Shown piece by piece: positions 61,519 through 64,000 of a stretch of DNA of 64,000 bases. Below the pieces are notes generated by a model that saw only the letters and a program-made list of their open reading frames with translations, had not been told where the DNA came from and did not search any database. The first letter of the stretch is position 1, and each line of letters opens with the position of its first letter. The DNA lies in assembly GCF_009914755.1 (NCBI RefSeq), contig NC_060925.1; one strand, written 5' to 3'. Position numbers and translations under genes: made by a program. The DNA is from the human T2T-CHM13v2.0 reference genome, Homo sapiens.

Positions 61519-62532
61519 TGCAAATCAATAAGCAAATAAAAGTTGATACTCATATATGTTATCTATTGGCTTCTATACACTACTTAAAGTGTCCTTTAGG
61601 AAAGTTTGTCTTTAACATAAACCCAAGGATTCATAATCACATACTAAAAAAATCTAAAATTATTAAAATCTACATTATTATTTGAAAAACAGTAGTTTCC
61701 CATCTCTCGCTTGAAGCTTCCTTGACAATCCCATTTCTCCCTTGAAGTTCCTGGAGTCTTATATTGCCTGTATCTTCTAATAACTGCTATTTCCTTCAAT
61801 TTGGGATCCCTGTAGCTTGCAGGTCTGTGGCTTTTGGACCTCATGAGCTCCATTCAAGAAGGAGATGTTCTTCTGGTTTCCCAAAAATCATGAGAGTAAG
61901 TAATGTGTTTTTTTCCCTTTGGAGTTGAAATGTTATCCTATCAGATTGGATGGACTTGGCAGGCTTGATTTAAAGAAAACCACCCATCTCTCCCAGGCTT
62001 TCTTTCTGTGATGATTTAAATGGAAGTGTAATACAATCTCTTAAACTTTCATAACTTAGTCCCACCCCAAACTTTCCAGAAATCAGTCAGGAATTCTTGT
62101 GGGAATATCAAGTGAGAGGCAGTACAGGATAATGCAACAAAGGGAAACATATAAAGGGAAATGATGGAAAGTTGGGAAAGAGAACAGAGACATATGAATT
62201 GAATAGTGACTGAGCATCTAACACACTCATGCTAATGAGTGGCTTCTGAAATTATGTGGTCAAAATAAAAGAGCTGGACTCCACGTTCTTGAGCTTGGCA
62301 TTCAGTGACTATGATTCATATTTTAGGTCTGGAGCAGACTAATGAGTTATGGACAAACTACAAGCACTCATTCTGTTTTAGAATGGCTATGATCTTTTTG
62401 TCAACTCTTCATTTATCACTTAATAATATTAATCACCACTTCCCAGTCTTCATCCATAATATGGTAAGTGCTACTCTGAGCCACAAGCGAGAGTTATCTC
62501 TACCCAGAGAACATTCCATTTAAATTAATCAA

Positions 62533-62543
62533 GCGTGTGCGCG

Positions 62544-62583
<40 letters not shown>
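62533..62583. repeat. Alternating purine-pyrimidine tract gcgtgtgcgcgtgcgcgc(AC)n
   Basis: Directly visible. Confidence 0.9.
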
Positions 62584-62584
<1 letters not shown>

Positions 62585-62699
62585 TAAAGCTAAAGCTAAG
62601 AGCTCCCTCAAAGAGAAGGAATGCCAGGGTGGGGCAAAAGTCAATGCCTTAAAGTAGTTAAAGTAAACACGCTAATATCAATAACAAGAATACCAACAA

Positions 62700-63190
62700 A
62701 AAACTTAATACTATTTATTTAATGTCTACTGTGTGGCAAGCACTGTGCTAGGAGCTTTATATTGATTCTATACAGACTCTGTGAGTTGAATATTCTTATC
62801 CCTGTTTTACAGATGGAAAATCAAGTCTCAGAGAAACTAACATTTTCAGGCTCCAGACCTAGTAAATGATAGAAACAAAGTTAAAACTCAGTTCTTCCTG
62901 ACTTTAAAATTTCTGTTCTTTCCATATTAATCAGAGAATATGGTGGAGAAAATTCTGTTCTGTGAAGGAAGCGGATTGAAAATAGAGAAAAAAAGATTAA
63001 AAACTTACAGAGTCCTGGAAATATTCCTGAGCTAGAAATGAGATTTAAATTCTATTTTCTACTATTTTACTAATTAACTTTATAATCTTAGGTAAGTCAC
63101 TCACTTTATCTCTTCAGGCTTTGGTTGTATCATCTATGCTACCAAATTAAGGAGATGAATTTAATGCTGTTAAAGATTGCTGTTAAAGAC
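62700..63190. mobile_element. Two MIRs (minus ~62700-62925; plus ~63025-63190)
   Basis: cctgttttacagatggaaaatcaagtctcagaga; aatcttaggtaagtcactcac. Confidence 0.7.
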
Positions 63191-63346
63191 TGCCCCTACC
63201 TTAGGTTTCTCTGTGGAAGATGCTATCTGAGCGAGGCCGAACAGCCAAATGGAAAACGATATGTCAAGCATTTCAGTTGTAAAATTCCTCGGCTAAGTCA
63301 CATTAGAGTATCTTGGGCTTCGAAACTGGGCTGCACCTTCTTTTCT

Positions 63347-63375
63347 CTGCTCCATCTAGCGTGATTGGATCTGCA
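63347..63375 (-). promoter_or_regulatory. CTCF-like core plus upstream TGCAG module
   Basis: Reverse complement tgcag-atcca-atcacgctagatggagcag; locally CpG-retaining. Confidence 0.5.
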
Positions 63376-63599
63376 TAGTGTATTCCAGACTAACTTAAGT
63401 AACCACCCTTGTGGATAGGAATAGTCACTCAGACACTCAAGCGCAAAGGCACATAAGGTCAAAAATGTGTGTGAAATTTCTCATCTGAATGAACCAAGGA
63501 AGAAGCAGGGGATAGAGACACAAAAGAGAAAAATAATTTATCTTCTCTGTAAAGGACTTCTAAGATCTTTCCTGGTATTGAGAGTCCATAGATCTATGA

Positions 63600-63880
63600 A
63601 ACCACTGCTATAAACAAAACTGAGTGAATATCATTCAAACTGAAATGTGTAATGAAATGCCAATTACCTATAAAAATATGACAGTGAGATCAAAAGCAGG
63701 TTGTTAATCAGGAACAGTAGATATCAGAAGTCAATGGAGTAATATATTGAAAGTACTGAGAGAACATAATGTAAAACTAGATTTTTTTATTCAGCTAAAC
63801 TATTGTTTAAGAGGGAAGGAGAAAAGTACAGTTTACCACATACAGATTCTCACTGAAATAATTAGTAAAGATGTGCTTCA
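63600..63880 (+). mobile_element. Ancient L1 ORF1 fragment
   Basis: cagaagtcaatggagtaatatattgaaagtactgagagaa...tattcagctaaactattg. Confidence 0.6.
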
Positions 63881-64000
63881 GAACATTGTTGTTTTTAGAG
63901 ACAGGGAGCTCTCCTGACGCTCATGCTATTATATAATCCTCTCTCTGTCTCTGTTTTTGCTACAAGGTAGAATCCATAGGGCTAAGGGGATGTGCTCACT

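Overview
Primate (almost certainly human or great-ape) non-coding DNA: AT-rich, CpG-poor and dominated by transposable elements. I can support no host protein-coding gene, tRNA, rRNA or CRISPR array. The long ORFs are L1 ORF2, Alu, MaLR or transposase remnants. The first ~30 kb is a dense nest of L1s (old L1M/HAL1 up to young L1PA), Alus, MaLR/ERV LTRs and DNA transposons. The last ~34 kb is mostly ancient MIR/L2/MLT1 with unique islands carrying CTCF-like and splice-like signals. Highlights: (1) a 44-bp near-perfect fold-back hairpin between the target-site duplication (TSD) and the 5' end of a truncated L1PA (44783-44878); (2) an internally deleted fossil mariner transposase read by hand translation (~7300-7980); (3) a 5'-inverted L1 fused to an AluY right arm inside one TSD (34942-36978); (4) a near-full-length Charlie/Buster hAT fossil with an inverted duplicate of its BED-finger segment; (5) several small templated-insertion scars; (6) three co-oriented CTCF-like motifs. 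I found no convincing new multi-gene system. Subfamily names come from recalled consensus sequences, and boundaries of old repeats are approximate.
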